From the NCBI RefSeq assembly GCF_009914755.1, contig NC_060942.1: DNA of 64,000 nt. One strand, 5' to 3'. The stretch's first letter is position 1. Every line of letters starts with the position of its first letter. Source of the stretch: the human T2T-CHM13v2.0 reference genome, Homo sapiens. The translations under genes and the position numbers were made by a program. The notes under the pieces were generated by a model. That model saw only the letters and a list, made by a program, of their open reading frames with translations. It was not told the DNA's origin and made no database searches. Positions 36,662 to 48,738 of the stretch are shown here, piece after piece.

Positions 36662-39065
36662 GGATCCACCAAACTGCTATCTGAGCTTGATGATTACAAG
36701 TCATCATAGACAGTTGAATTTTATAGTCAACGTGTGTTGAATACTTCTATGCAAGTGTCATTGTGACCGCTGAAAGGGAGTTTCTCACTTAGAGGAGCTA
36801 ACATAGTATCAAGATGAGTAAAAAGAGTGCCTCTAACATTGTATTAATATATATAGTATTAATATTTCATAGTCTGCCATCCACTTCATCCTCCAGTCTG
36901 ATCAGTAACAGAAGTTATTGATCATTTTTCAAAACAGCATGGGAAATTCATTTTATTTATCTCTTATAAAGCTTAATAAACAGCTATAGAGATCTTTATG
37001 AAGAGGACTTTGTCTCTTGAAGGACAATATTCTAGTTTAGTCTTAAAAGCATTAAATTTTTCAATTTTTAAACAAAATTCTCATCAATTGGATGTTATAC
37101 CCATCTATTTATATGTGAGAAGAACAAAGCTTATATTACTTTGTTTTTTTTATACTACCAGGGCATATTTTAAAGTTTCAATGTTTAAACATACTTGGTC
37201 AGTTGAAGAGAATGACTTTCTTCATTACTGATTGAATATACAGGGAGAAATTTTAGCAAGAAGAATGTATGACTTTTTTAAAGAAAATAATTTCTGAATG
37301 ATAAAAAGGACCATTTTCCCATAAAGACAGTCAAGGTAAAATACAATTGAGTAGAACTAAGAAAGGAAACAACCTCTTCAGTTAATGCATTTTCAGAGCT
37401 AAGCACAAAGGTGCTTCCTAAACAAAAGGATCTTTACAAATGAGGGTGCTCTTTAGAGAGAATATTTTCAAAGGACCCCTATATAGTTCAACAGGCTCCT
37501 TCAAATGCAGTGCATTTTAAAAGCTTAGAAAGTAATGATATGCCCTCTAGACTGCCAGGCAGGAGTTTTATTGTGAAGGTTTTGGCAACACAGTTCGGTT
37601 TGTAGCATCCGCTTTGAACTAGCCTTTCATGATTCTGAGACACGTGCTTATAATAATAAGTATTTACAAGTCAGGAGATGAAATTCAAGTTTCTATTTTT
37701 ATTTCCCCCATCCTCTCATCTCCTACATTTTATATATTGGACCTACCCTAAGATTGCTTCTGACTCTGCACACTCTAGTGTCCCAAATTTATTCCTAAAC
37801 TCTGCCTCTATCCTAACTTCTTGCATACATACTCACCCTTTCTAGCCAAGGACTTGCATTCAATCCCAAATACGCTGACCTCTGGAATCTCAGCCTTTCT
37901 CCATGTGCATCTTTCTTCCTCCATGTGTATTCACTTGAGGACCTTTCATGCTTGTGACTGGCTGAACTTGGATCAATTGCTCTGCTCCTGCTTGGCTTTA
38001 TTCCAACCTCTCTTGTTCCTCTCTAGGTTAGTGTACAAGAAAAATCAGCATATCCCCAATAATCTGTTAAGTGAGTTGTGAATTTGAGAAGTTAAGGGGA
38101 ATGTATTCCCCATTATACTCTTCGTATAAACATTTTAATTTTAAAATCTGACACTCTACCTAGAAGAAATGGGTGGCAGATTTGCCCAGCAAGGTAAATC
38201 ATCACTATTTGTTATATCATGTATACTGTTGAAAGGGCTAAATGTCTTTGGACAGATGGTGCCCTGTTAGAGTAAAGGAAGCTAAAAACAAGAGATCATA
38301 CTGATTCCCAGTGTGTTAGATGTTTCTAAAAGTATGTGTATGTCATAATGAAAAACAGACCTAAACTACCAATACTTTCAGAGGAAGCATAGTCTTAGAC
38401 TCTATTTATCATTTAAGTGAATAATAATTATACAAGAAATTCAATTTATATAAGCTGTCAATTAGAATGAGTTGGACATTCCTACTCGTTCTTTTTACAG
38501 CAACTGCTCTTAAAAGTGGTTTAACACCGATTTAAACTCCTTGAATACAGTAAGCATATGTTTATCCAGAACTAAAAATAATTTATACTACTACTCTTTT
38601 TTTTTTTTTTTTTTTTTTTTTTACAACACAAAGGTTGAAGTACATAAAAATGCTATTGCTTTACACAAGGCAGCAAAGTTTTAATCTTGGCATCCACAGG
38701 TGTGTAATGTGACTTGAGACCTAACAACACCCTCTAATTCTTTCTGAATCCTTATAAAAAGTAAGTTATGTCCATGATGTTGATAGTATTATTTTTTCTG
38801 TAAAAGACATTGTAGTGTTTAAAACAGATTTCTGGTACAGTCCTTGTTCTCAAGCATTTGGTAAATAGTCTGACTTAACAAGAGTCCTCATGTCTAATCC
38901 CTCTAAATACAGGCTTATACTTCACTGTATATACAAGTGTATATGTGTATGTATTATATATAGTGTGTATATATAGTATATATGTGTGTGTATGTACACA
39001 CACACTTGTAAATACAAGTAGGTACAAGTTTATACTTCACTGTGCCTTACAGGGCAATACATACT

Positions 39066-40016
39066 TCATAAATTGATGCATAATGATTGTGCATATTTAT
39101 GGGGTACATATCATATTTTGATATATTTATACAATGTGGAGGAATGATCAAATTGGGGTATTTAGGATATCCATCACCTCAAATGTTTACCATTTCTTTG
39201 TGTTGGGGGCATTTTGACTCTTCTAACTTTAATGTAGTCTCATGCATTTTGAAATATACAATAAATTACATGTTTACTACCACACACTAGAATTTATTCC
39301 AACTGCATATTTGTACCTATTGACTAACCTCTCTTCATCCTCCTCCTCCACCCTTCCTAGACTCTCGTAACTGTCATTCTAGTGTATAAGTCCATGAGAT
39401 CAACTTTTTTTGCTCCCACATGTAATTGAGATCATGCAATATCTGTTTCTGTGCCTGCCTTATTTGACTTAACATAGCGACCTCCATTTCTGTGTTGCTG
39501 CAAATAACAGAATTTCTTTTTTATAGTGAATGATATTCTATTTTGTATTTTTATACCACATTTTCTTTATCCATTTACTCGATGGGTACTTAGATTCCTA
39601 TCTTGGCTATTGTGAATAGTTCTGCAATAAACATAGGGGGTGAAGGTATCTCTTTGATGTACCGATTCCCTCTCCATTGGATAAATACCTAGTGGTGGGA
39701 TTGCTGGATTGTATGATATTTCTACTTTTAGTCTTTTGAGAAACTTCTGTACTGTTTTCCATAATGTCTGTACTGATTTGCATTCCCATGAACAGTATAT
39801 ACGGGTTCAATTTTTCTCTACATGTTTGCCAGCAGTTGTTATTTTTTGTCTTTTTGTTAATAGCCATTCTGACTGAGGTGAGAAGATCTTCTCATTGTGG
39901 TTCTCATTGTGATGACTGATGATGTTGATATTGAAAATTTTTTAAATATGTTTTGGCCATTTGTATGTCTTCTTTTGAGAAATGTCTATTCAGATCGTTT
40001 ACCCACTTTTTAATAG
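39066..40016 (-). mobile_element. L1MA-type element, 3' portion (continues at 48739)
   Basis: Antisense L1MA 3' UTR and ORF2 end (atttgtatgtcttcttttgagaaatgtctattcagatc), broken off at the LTR. Confidence 0.9.
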
Positions 40017-40819
40017 TGATATGGCTATGTTGCTTGGGATATGTACCCTGGGGTTCATCGTCTCATGCTGAGAAAGAACTCAGGACCCAGACACATGTGA
40101 GTGGGTTAAGAAGTAGAAAATTTAATAGAATAAAGGAGAGAGGAGAGCAGGTCCTAGGGAGGTGGAGGGGGAGAGAGAGAGAGAAGAGAAGGGGGGAGAG
40201 AGAGAGAGAGACAGAGAGAGAGAGACATGTCCAAAAAAGTGGGGAGGTGGTTGACTGCAGCAGATTTTATAGGAAGGCTGGAGAAGGTGGTGTCTGATTT
40301 ACATAGGGCTCACAGATTGGTTGATCAGGCACGAGGTTTACATAGTGCACAGGGAAGACTGGTCACCCCAACCTAGAATGTAAATGGACTTTCCAGTTAA
40401 TCGACACCATCTTGATTCCTGTTGATTGACACCAGTAAGATTGGCACCATTTGCTCTTTACTGTGCACATGGCTGACAAAGAGAAGGGAAGATGGAGCTG
40501 CTATCTTTAACATGTGTAGTCCCTAGTTACTGCTGGCATTCACCTGTGCAAGCTCCCAGTTTGCTTGTCTGTCTGCAGCTCTACTTTATAGGCTGCTCTT
40601 TGTTAGAAAATGATTTGGGGCTGCTTTTCATTAAAGAGAAAAGCATTACCAAAGACTCCCATGCCCTTACTCTCGGCTTAAGTAATTTCTTAAGTCCTAT
40701 ATCATTCCACCCTCTGCAGTGGTAACCCTAACTGCTGTTAGAGAATGTTGGATGACAACTTTTTCTGGCTACTTCCTGCTGAAAGGGGTATCATGTGGGG
40801 AAAAGCAGCTAGGGCTCCT

Positions 40820-40990
40820 CCTGGGGTCAATCTAAGGGTCCTCAGAAGAAAGGTGTGTCCATGTTTGTTTGGTCTGCAGCACCATTTGCAGTTTGATTGC
40901 TCTCAATCATTCTAATGGGTTGTGATACTGGTTTGCCTCCACCAGATGCTGCTAAATATTAATATAAAAGTAACATTCTTTTTTGAATAA
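40820..40990 (-). pseudogene. ERV env TM remnant
   Basis: Minus strand gives KECYFYIN (cf. EECCFYVN of gamma-type TM) and AIKLQMVLQ...F*GPLD*P (cf. the HERV-W-type cytoplasmic tail KLQMEP...PLDRP), just upstream of the PPT. Confidence 0.6.
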
Positions 40991-43900
40991 GTGGCATTGG
41001 ATTTGGGTGGCTAGAGTAACTTTAGTATTGACCTTGGCTAAATCTTTCCTGCAATTATTAATCCCCTCATGACTTCTGCAGACCATCTAAGGCATGTTTA
41101 AACTTTCTAACTTCTCCTAAGCATCCTTCTTTTTAAACAACCAACTATTATTTTTAGGACAAGTATTTACCATCTTTATAATCCTTTCATACTTCCTTTT
41201 TGGTGAAACTATTATCCCTGCTATAAGGATAATAATTAAGCAAAATACTACAGCAATGGAAACTCTGTGTCCACTATTCCAGTTAGAAGGTGCTACTGTT
41301 TATAGCCCTACTGCAAATAGCAGAGTGAGTATAGCAAATCTTGCAAGTGTGGTGTAGTAGGTACATTCCACATAAAATCTTACTTGCCAAGATACAGAAT
41401 TTATCTTTGGGGGTCTATGAAGTTCCTTGGTTTTATTTTCCTAAACAAAACTCCAGGTTATGGGCATCCTATTTACTTTCACTGCTTGGCAGGATTTGCA
41501 GGATAATTGCTCAGAACTAGCATATTAATCCAGATTTTTGTGTTACCCATCCCTTTTTGTTTCTTCCAAGCTGCAGGAAATCACCATTTGATTACAGGAA
41601 TAAGCAGGATTAGTCTAAAATGTAGGCAAAAAAACTTAAAAACAATTAATGAGACAAGGATTTAATGACATGTATGATATGCTTTGGAGCATAACTTTTA
41701 TCTCTCCAGTCCTCATTTTTGGTAAAAAAACAAATTATGATAGGACCATGTTGTTTGTAGAAAAAACTTTAACCTTATACTTGGCCTGATTATTTGGAAT
41801 AAAGTTCAGCAAGAATGGTTATTTCTACATAGCTCTTTTGGATTGGCTTAGATGGAACTCAGTTCCACAAGGAATCTTAGATAGGACCTTTTAAAGCTGA
41901 GCCCGGCCATAGGTTTATATTCTCTAATACCTGTGAGTTGGGTGATCCTTTTCTCTTAATGTTCCAAGATAAACTTGGAGTTCGTGGACCTGTTAGAAAG
42001 TGACATTCTTTACTGACCACAGGTTAGGAACCCTGTGTGGGGACTGTGTAGACAAGGTATGAGGCCAGTCTTCCCCAAGGGGCTTTTATCAGCTCTGCAA
42101 GTCGAGATTGACTCCTTAAAGGGAAGCATATACTTCCAGTCAAAGCCTTGATAAAATAACCAGTTTTCCAATTGTGTCCCATTGCAAAAGAAAAATGGAT
42201 TATTATTGCGATGATGCAAACAACTATATTGCCATAAGTTAAGAGTACTCACAGATAGTTTCCAATTTCTAGAGGAACTAGGCAGAGAGAAACATGCTCC
42301 AAATTTTGTTCACAGAAGTATACCTTACTCAATTATTAAAAGCTTTAAAAAGTTAAAAGTATGTTTCCTTGAGTCTAAAAAACAAAACAAGGATCAGAAA
42401 TACTTCAAGCAAAATATTCCAAAAAGGTTGCTTTAACTTTCTGAGTACAGTCCATTAGTTAACTCTTGTTTTGTTTGACACATAAACATTTCAGTTCTTC
42501 ATAAGTCCCATACATTCTTTCTCTATTCCAATGTTACAATCTTCAAAACTATTGAAAACCTGCATTTGCAATCACCTGTTAAGGTCCTTAATATGGCTTG
42601 ATGATAAACCACATTTTGAGAAGGAACAAAGCAAGGTGACAATTGTCTGCAAATGGTGACAAAGTTTCCAGGGTAGTTAGTTAAAAACATGACTAAGAAG
42701 TTTAGTTATCTCCATGGTTTACAATAATTTTACCCTTAATTATGATTGATAGCATATACTCAGACATTAGAATTTTAGAAATCCCATGCACTGTTGGAAC
42801 ATATCTTAGTATTATTCACTAAAATATAACTTAAATTGTACATCATTTTGGCAATCCCATGCAACTAAACATGTCAAATAATCCTGTTTACCTCTTTTCT
42901 GAAAGTTTCAGGGGCCTTCTGAGCCATCCAGAAATCCCAGCTCAGGGAAGATAATTTGGATACTAGAAGTTTGATTTTTGGGATGCCTGTTAAATGTTAG
43001 AGATTTAAAACACTTGATGTTATGAAATAGAATCCCAGATTACCATAAATTATTTATTTTGCCAAAATGATGACTCAGAAAGCAAAAATCTTTTATTAGC
43101 CTTTACTATTGCATGAAAATCCTGTTAAAAGCCAAATTTTTACCCTTGCATTAGTTTATTAATGTTAACCCCAATGTTTAATGAAACCTCAGACAATTTC
43201 ATATAATCTTAACCAAGTTGAACATGAGGTGAAATCTGTACAAGCCTTTTATAACTGCTTTTGCTAAAGAGGAGGTTAGTGTCTTAAGACAGTCTTGCTG
43301 TGCTTTTATTTCAATGCTCAATTTATAAAAAGACCATATAATACCCTTTGAATTTAGTTAATGTTTACACATTTTTGCAAGATTAATTTTTACAATCTTT
43401 TCACAACTTAAATGTGTTTAGCTTTATTATATCAAATTTAAGATAATCCCTCATCCCTGGGCAAAATTTACATTTCCATGCTTTCTTATAATCTTTTACT
43501 AAAAGACACCTTGCAAATAAAACTGTTTAGTGATTTCAAACACATGTTGCACTGTTAACTCTTTGCAACTTTTAATGAAAAACCTGGTTAGTAAGCAACT
43601 TTATGTATCAGGTGTGGAGCCTAGGAACCAGACAGAATTGCAGAGTAGGTCTGACTCCACATGTCCCAGGCCTTACCTATCTGTAAAGCATGCAGTATAC
43701 AACCTTGGAACATTTAGCAAGCCTAGTATCTAAGTGGTATGATTAAGACCACCTTTTTGCATTTTGACGACACTTGCATTTTGCCAATAATCCTTAAGGC
43801 TATTTTTATTTCTTAAAGATTATAGTCATGTGAGCTAAAAAATATTTTAAGTGCTTATTTTTCTTTAATCAATTAGAGCTCTTTTTGTAGACATTACGCA

Positions 43901-44947
43901 TAACACATATATAGCAACACAGAATTCAGAACTAGTATGATTTTTCATTTGCCAGTTTCTTATTGGGATTATTGGCTTCAGGGCGGAGCCCTTGGAGGAA
44001 CAGGGCCAGGAAGGCATGCATTTCTAGGGCATAAAAAACAGGCACAGCTGAAGGCAAAGACAGACCCCCCAAAAATATTGGTGCCGTTTTATAATGGATT
44101 TTGGATCCCCAAAAGGAGGGAGAGCCTATGGGAGAAGAGAGTATGGTAATTTTACCATGCATTTCATTGCAAGGCAACCCAAATCCATTCAGCTTATTTT
44201 GTAATCAGCCCAACCCCCACATGATTCTTATGTCTTGGGGGAGTGGGGAAGTTTGTATGTTTCAGGTGACCAAGAGTATGCTTCTCTGATTCAAAAGTGC
44301 AAAGAGTTAACTATCCTTCCGTAACTACGATTAGACATCCCTTAAAGTATGTTTTCTCTCTAGTTATTCCCCACACTAAAGCTCTATCATGATGCGAGGT
44401 AATTTGGTACCTCTAAAACTCAAAACTGTCAGATAACACAATGAAAAACAGCAAAGCCTTTGGTTTTGAGAGGGAATTATCTGCTTTTAATTCCTGGGGT
44501 TTTGTGAGAAAAACAGGTTTTTTCTCAAAAGAGAGTTTGTGGTGTCACCTCTGTTTTTTTCCCAAGGAGTTCCAGGCTACCAGAAGTTGTCTTAGGGCCT
44601 CTCATGTGTACATTAAGAGTGGCAAGACAAAAAATGGAGAAAAATGATTCAGTTGACTGAGAAGAAAAGGCTTTTTCTAGGAAAGCAAGATTCAAGAAGA
44701 GACAAACATAAAGGCCTTTTAAAAAAAATCTAGAACTTGGATATCTGCTTTGAATTAAGCTGAGCACTCTTTAAGAAAATTATTTTAAATCTCTTGTTAC
44801 TCAACTTTAGCCACGCTAAGCAGTTAAGATTTTCAGCTTTTGAACTTTATAAAAAGTAACCTCACAGGTGAAACCAACAAGCCTGAGTTAGTTTGTGACT
44901 TAACCATGAGTGTACAAGGTATTTTCAAAGTGGTGGTAAGCAGCTTT

Positions 44948-45372
44948 TGAAACTGTCATTGCAAAATTGTGACTGAGACAGTAAAGGAGATCTGACCCAA
45001 ACAACTCCATTTTGTTTCCAGCCCCTAAGCTATCCTTGCCCATCCCTGAGTGTAGGCTGAACCAACTTTGGGAGGAGCCTGGTTTACAGTTTATAGTCCA
45101 AAACAAAGATAATAGCCCCTTCTGAAGATATACTTCCCTCTTGTCTGGGGACCAGACCAAGAAACTAGCCACAAGATCAGGAACCATGGCTCAGGAGTCA
45201 CGCAGCTGAAGGCTACAAAATTTTGACCCTCCCTTAACTGCTCTCAAGATCAGAGTTTAAGGTATTTTGTAAACACTGTCATTGATAGATCAGCTGGTAC
45301 CACCTAGATCAACAAACTAGCTTATCTGATTTTCTGGCCCTCACCCAGGAACTGACTTAGCACAGGAAGATA
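44948..45372 (+). mobile_element. LTR8-like fragment embedded antisense to the provirus
   Basis: tgaaactgtcattgcaaaattgtgactgagacagtaaaggagatctgacccaaacaactccattttg...gtaggctgaaccaactttgggagg matches the LTR8 5' end. Confidence 0.75.
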
Positions 45373-45908
45373 CCCACCACTGTAAAATGGTGGAGACTAA
45401 AAGTGTTGCCATGTGGTTACAGGTATTGCTCCCAAAGACATGAAACAATATGGAAGCCTGTAGCCAAGTTTGTTATAGACTGTTTTGTTGGGCTGGCATG
45501 AACAGGAGGCTTATGGGATCCTGGGTCTGCATCCTAGCCTAACATATGTTTTCTTTTGACAGAAAGACACACAAAGCACACCAGATTTGCTACAGCTTAA
45601 GACTAACCTCACAAATCCCTTTTCATTAATTTAAACTTTACAGATAATATAAACAATGATCCTTGTTACCTCTTTTACCAGTTTGCATGGGAAGAGAGAG
45701 GCCAAAAGCCTGAATGGTAAGAAATTTCTACCCTTTTGCTGGCATGTCAGGCTTCTGGGTTCCCTTCCCCCTAGCTCAACTAGAGAAGCATTTTAAGGTT
45801 TGGAAAATTAACATTTCCCAGGTTGGAAGAACATTATAAAAAAAGATAGCCATTTTATACCGTAAAAGAAGGAACCACACCATACAAAAGTCTGGGATAT
45901 CAGAGTTG

Positions 45909-46622
45909 TCAAAGAGGTACTGCTTCCTTTCCTATCAACAGTGGTGTTTCCCCTATTTCTTCACCTTCCCGATTTTCTCTTTTCCCTTTTTGCCTGTTAT
46001 AGGAGACATATTGCTCATCTCCAAAATTCTCTGCTGCCTGCAGAATTGCCTGTTTTTCACCTACAGTTGGGGTTAAGCTTTGGAGCAGCATAACATCCCT
46101 CCATGAGAAGTCAAATATCTGAGTTAAATTTTAGAAAGCTTCTATATACCTATCAGGGTCATTAGAAAATTGGCCTAAGTCTCCCTTTACTTGCCTAAGG
46201 TCCTGCAATGAGAATGGAAGTTGAACCCTCGTGGCATCACCTCCATTGGACATTTTCTGCAGGGTTAAGAGCTAAGGTGGCGGAATGGGAAATTTTGGAG
46301 ATGGTGGAGATGGAGGAGCTGGTGGTGTTGTTGGAGCTGGCCCCAGATAATGGGGAATGAAAGGGCCAGGATGCTCAATGGCTGCCTCAAATGGTTCCCC
46401 CAGGAGTTGCTTTTCTAATTTTGGGGAATTCTCTCTGTGCCTGTCTGATATGATTGCTAAAAGAGCCGGGCTGATTTTGCAATGCTTGCAAAGGTCTAGC
46501 AAAAAGGCAATGCCCTTATGTAGAAGAAAACAAGCCACTTTTTCTTTAAAATCTCAGGGTGAAAGGAGTTCCAGTGCTTCAGAATGCACCCCAGGGGAGT
46601 GCATGCTGAAGATGATACCCAT
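45909..46622 (-). pseudogene. ERV gag (MA-CA) remnant, disrupted
   Basis: Minus strand gives an ATG at 46622, then [54 protein letters not shown] and EKQAILQAAENFGDEQY, typical of ERV9/HERV-W-like Gag. Stops and frameshifts are present. Confidence 0.85.
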
Positions 46623-48004
46623 CTAGAAAGAGAAGTGAGAAAAAGGCATCTGTTTAGTCTCCTTCCTTTTGGTGTGACCCAGAGTGGAAAGGAAGACAGT
46701 GGAGGCGTTCCCCCTGCTGTTTTTTGTGTTTTGTTTTTTTTTTTGTTTTTTTCCTAAATGGTTCCTGGGTCCTGGCATCACCAACCGTGGCTGCAGGCAT
46801 GACCCTCAGCCATAGAACCAGAGGAACTAAGCCATTGGGGTTAGTAATGCTCACCCAAGTGGCTCTAGTCCTCTGCTTGTGATTTTGCTTTGACTTCCTG
46901 GACTTGTGTAACCTGCCTGACTCCTCAAAAAATGTATCTCAGGAGAGATTATGTGACAGTTGCATTTAAGCATCTGTTGCACTTTCCTCCTTGATGGAGG
47001 AAGTGTGCTGATTTGAGCTCTATATCCTGCTAGTATGGTTCGTGTTAAAGCATCTACCCTTAGAGAATGGTTCCAGTTAACTTCCAAACTTAAAATACCC
47101 TTACTAATTAAGTACTATTCTAAATGGAAGCAGAATACGTGCCTTAAAAGAAAGTAGGTATCAAATGGCCATTTTCCTGCTGATGGGATAGTATTGACAC
47201 TAAAATCTGGCTTTGGAGGATATTTTGCTCTTAATTGTTGAAGGTAGAGTTTTCCCATTTGCAGAAGCAACATAAAGCCTGGTCTCTAGAAGAGGGGTGC
47301 AATAAGGGCAAAGAATTGGGAAGCCAGGGTGTTTTGATAAAGGACTGACAATGTGCCTCATGGAGAGAGTACCTATTCCACTAGTTGGTGCTGTTGACCT
47401 TGAAATGCCATGAACTCTCCAGACCAAGGGCAGAGAGTGATGCTCACTGTGGGGGGTGCGAGGGTGGGGGCCTCTGTTCCTAGAAAATCCCAAAGATGCC
47501 TACCTTTGAGCTATATCCACAGTTACTACAACATTCCCAGATCTTTCCAAACAAGATTATTTCCCTGAATTGTAAAACTTCCTACACATTGCATACATAG
47601 AGAGATTAAGAGATGTGATGGTCATGGACGAGAAAGGAGGAAATTATGATAGGAAAGTTGGAGATCCTGTTGCCAACACCCCACCAGGGTGGTCAGAGGC
47701 CGAGGTCAGTCCATAAGCCTTTGGGTAACACTCAGGGGTAGCCCCAGCCAGAAGTTCTCAGTTGCCCCAGGACTTCTTCCAGCCCCATACAATGGCTACG
47801 TCTTCCATGAAAGGAGGCTGGTTCAAACATGGCCCATATGCCATATGCCCAGAAACCCATAGGTATTGGGGGATTCTCCATGTTCTCTCCAGTAGGTGTG
47901 ACATCCGAGTCTTTAAGAATGGCAGGCATGCTAATGGTATTTTTAAATGGCTGGCAGATGCCTGTTATTGATTTAATTTGATTTTAAAATGGAGGCTGAG
48001 GCAA

Positions 48005-48135
48005 CCATTCCAGTTGATTCTATTCCATTCTATTCCATTCCATTCCATTCCATTCCATTCCAGTTGATTCAATTCCATTCTATTCCATTCTATTCCATTC
48101 CATTCCATTCCATTCGGGTTGATTCAATTCCAATT
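48005..48135. repeat. (CATTC)n Satellite III-type patch
   Basis: ~26 pentamer units of CATTC/TATTC punctuated by cagttgattc (48011, 48061) and cgggttgattc (48115). attcgggttg is the reverse complement of the Sat III decamer CAACCCGAAT. Confidence 0.9.
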
Positions 48136-48738
48136 AAAGGACAGATTTTGAGGTTTTTCTCCATATTTACCACTCACATGATTCTACCTTCTGATCCCTT
48201 TCTTTTAGAAAGAAGTCAGGACACAGACACATGTGGGTGGGTTAAGGAGTGGAAAGTTTAATAGAAGAAAGGAGAGAGGAGCTCTTGTGTGTGAGAGACC
48301 TCTGATAAAGAGGTGTGGTGGCAGACTGCAGCAGATTTTATAGGCAGGTTGGAGAAGGTGGTGTCTGATTTATGTAGGACCCACAGATTGGTTTGATCAC
48401 ATATGATGTTTACATAGCCCATGGGGAAGGATTGTCACCCCACCCTAATCTTATGCAAATGGACTTTCCGGTTGATTGGCACCATCTTGTCTGTTCTTTA
48501 TTGTACAAGTGGCTGACAAAGAGAAGGGAAGATGGAGCCACCACCTTGAACATGTCTAGTCCTAGTTCCTGCTGGCATTCACTTCTGCAAGCTCCCAGCT
48601 TGCTTGTCTTTGAGGCTCAACTTTACAGGCTATTTATTAGAAAATGATTTGAAGCTGCTTTTTATTAAAGAGAAAAGCCTTACTGAAGACTCCCATACCC
48701 TTACCATCTGCTTAAGTTATTTCTTAACTCCTTTATCA

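Larger units (their letters stand above)
40017..48738 (-). mobile_element. MER50-like (MER4-group ERV1) non-autonomous provirus: 3' LTR 40017-40704, internal region, truncated 5' LTR 48207-48738
   Basis: Two diverged direct LTRs, near-TSD atag/gtag, and a polypurine tract (minus strand agagggtggaa) abutting 40704. gag and env remnants inside. The L1 sequence is collinear across the insertion. Confidence 0.88.

Noticed and set aside
38597-38700. Poly-T as the tail of a processed pseudogene
   Set aside because: No nearby antisense AATAAA, TSD or recognisable mRNA/Alu body; treated as a simple homopolymer.
40705-47998. Coding-competent endogenous retrovirus or syncytin-like env
   Set aside because: gag and env survive only as short fragments with stops and frameshifts, no pol is visible, and the PBS is deleted.
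47989-48261. ORF with IPFHS repeats, and a CRISPR-like look of the repeat
   Set aside because: Translation of the CATTC satellite. There are no unique spacers and this is eukaryotic DNA.
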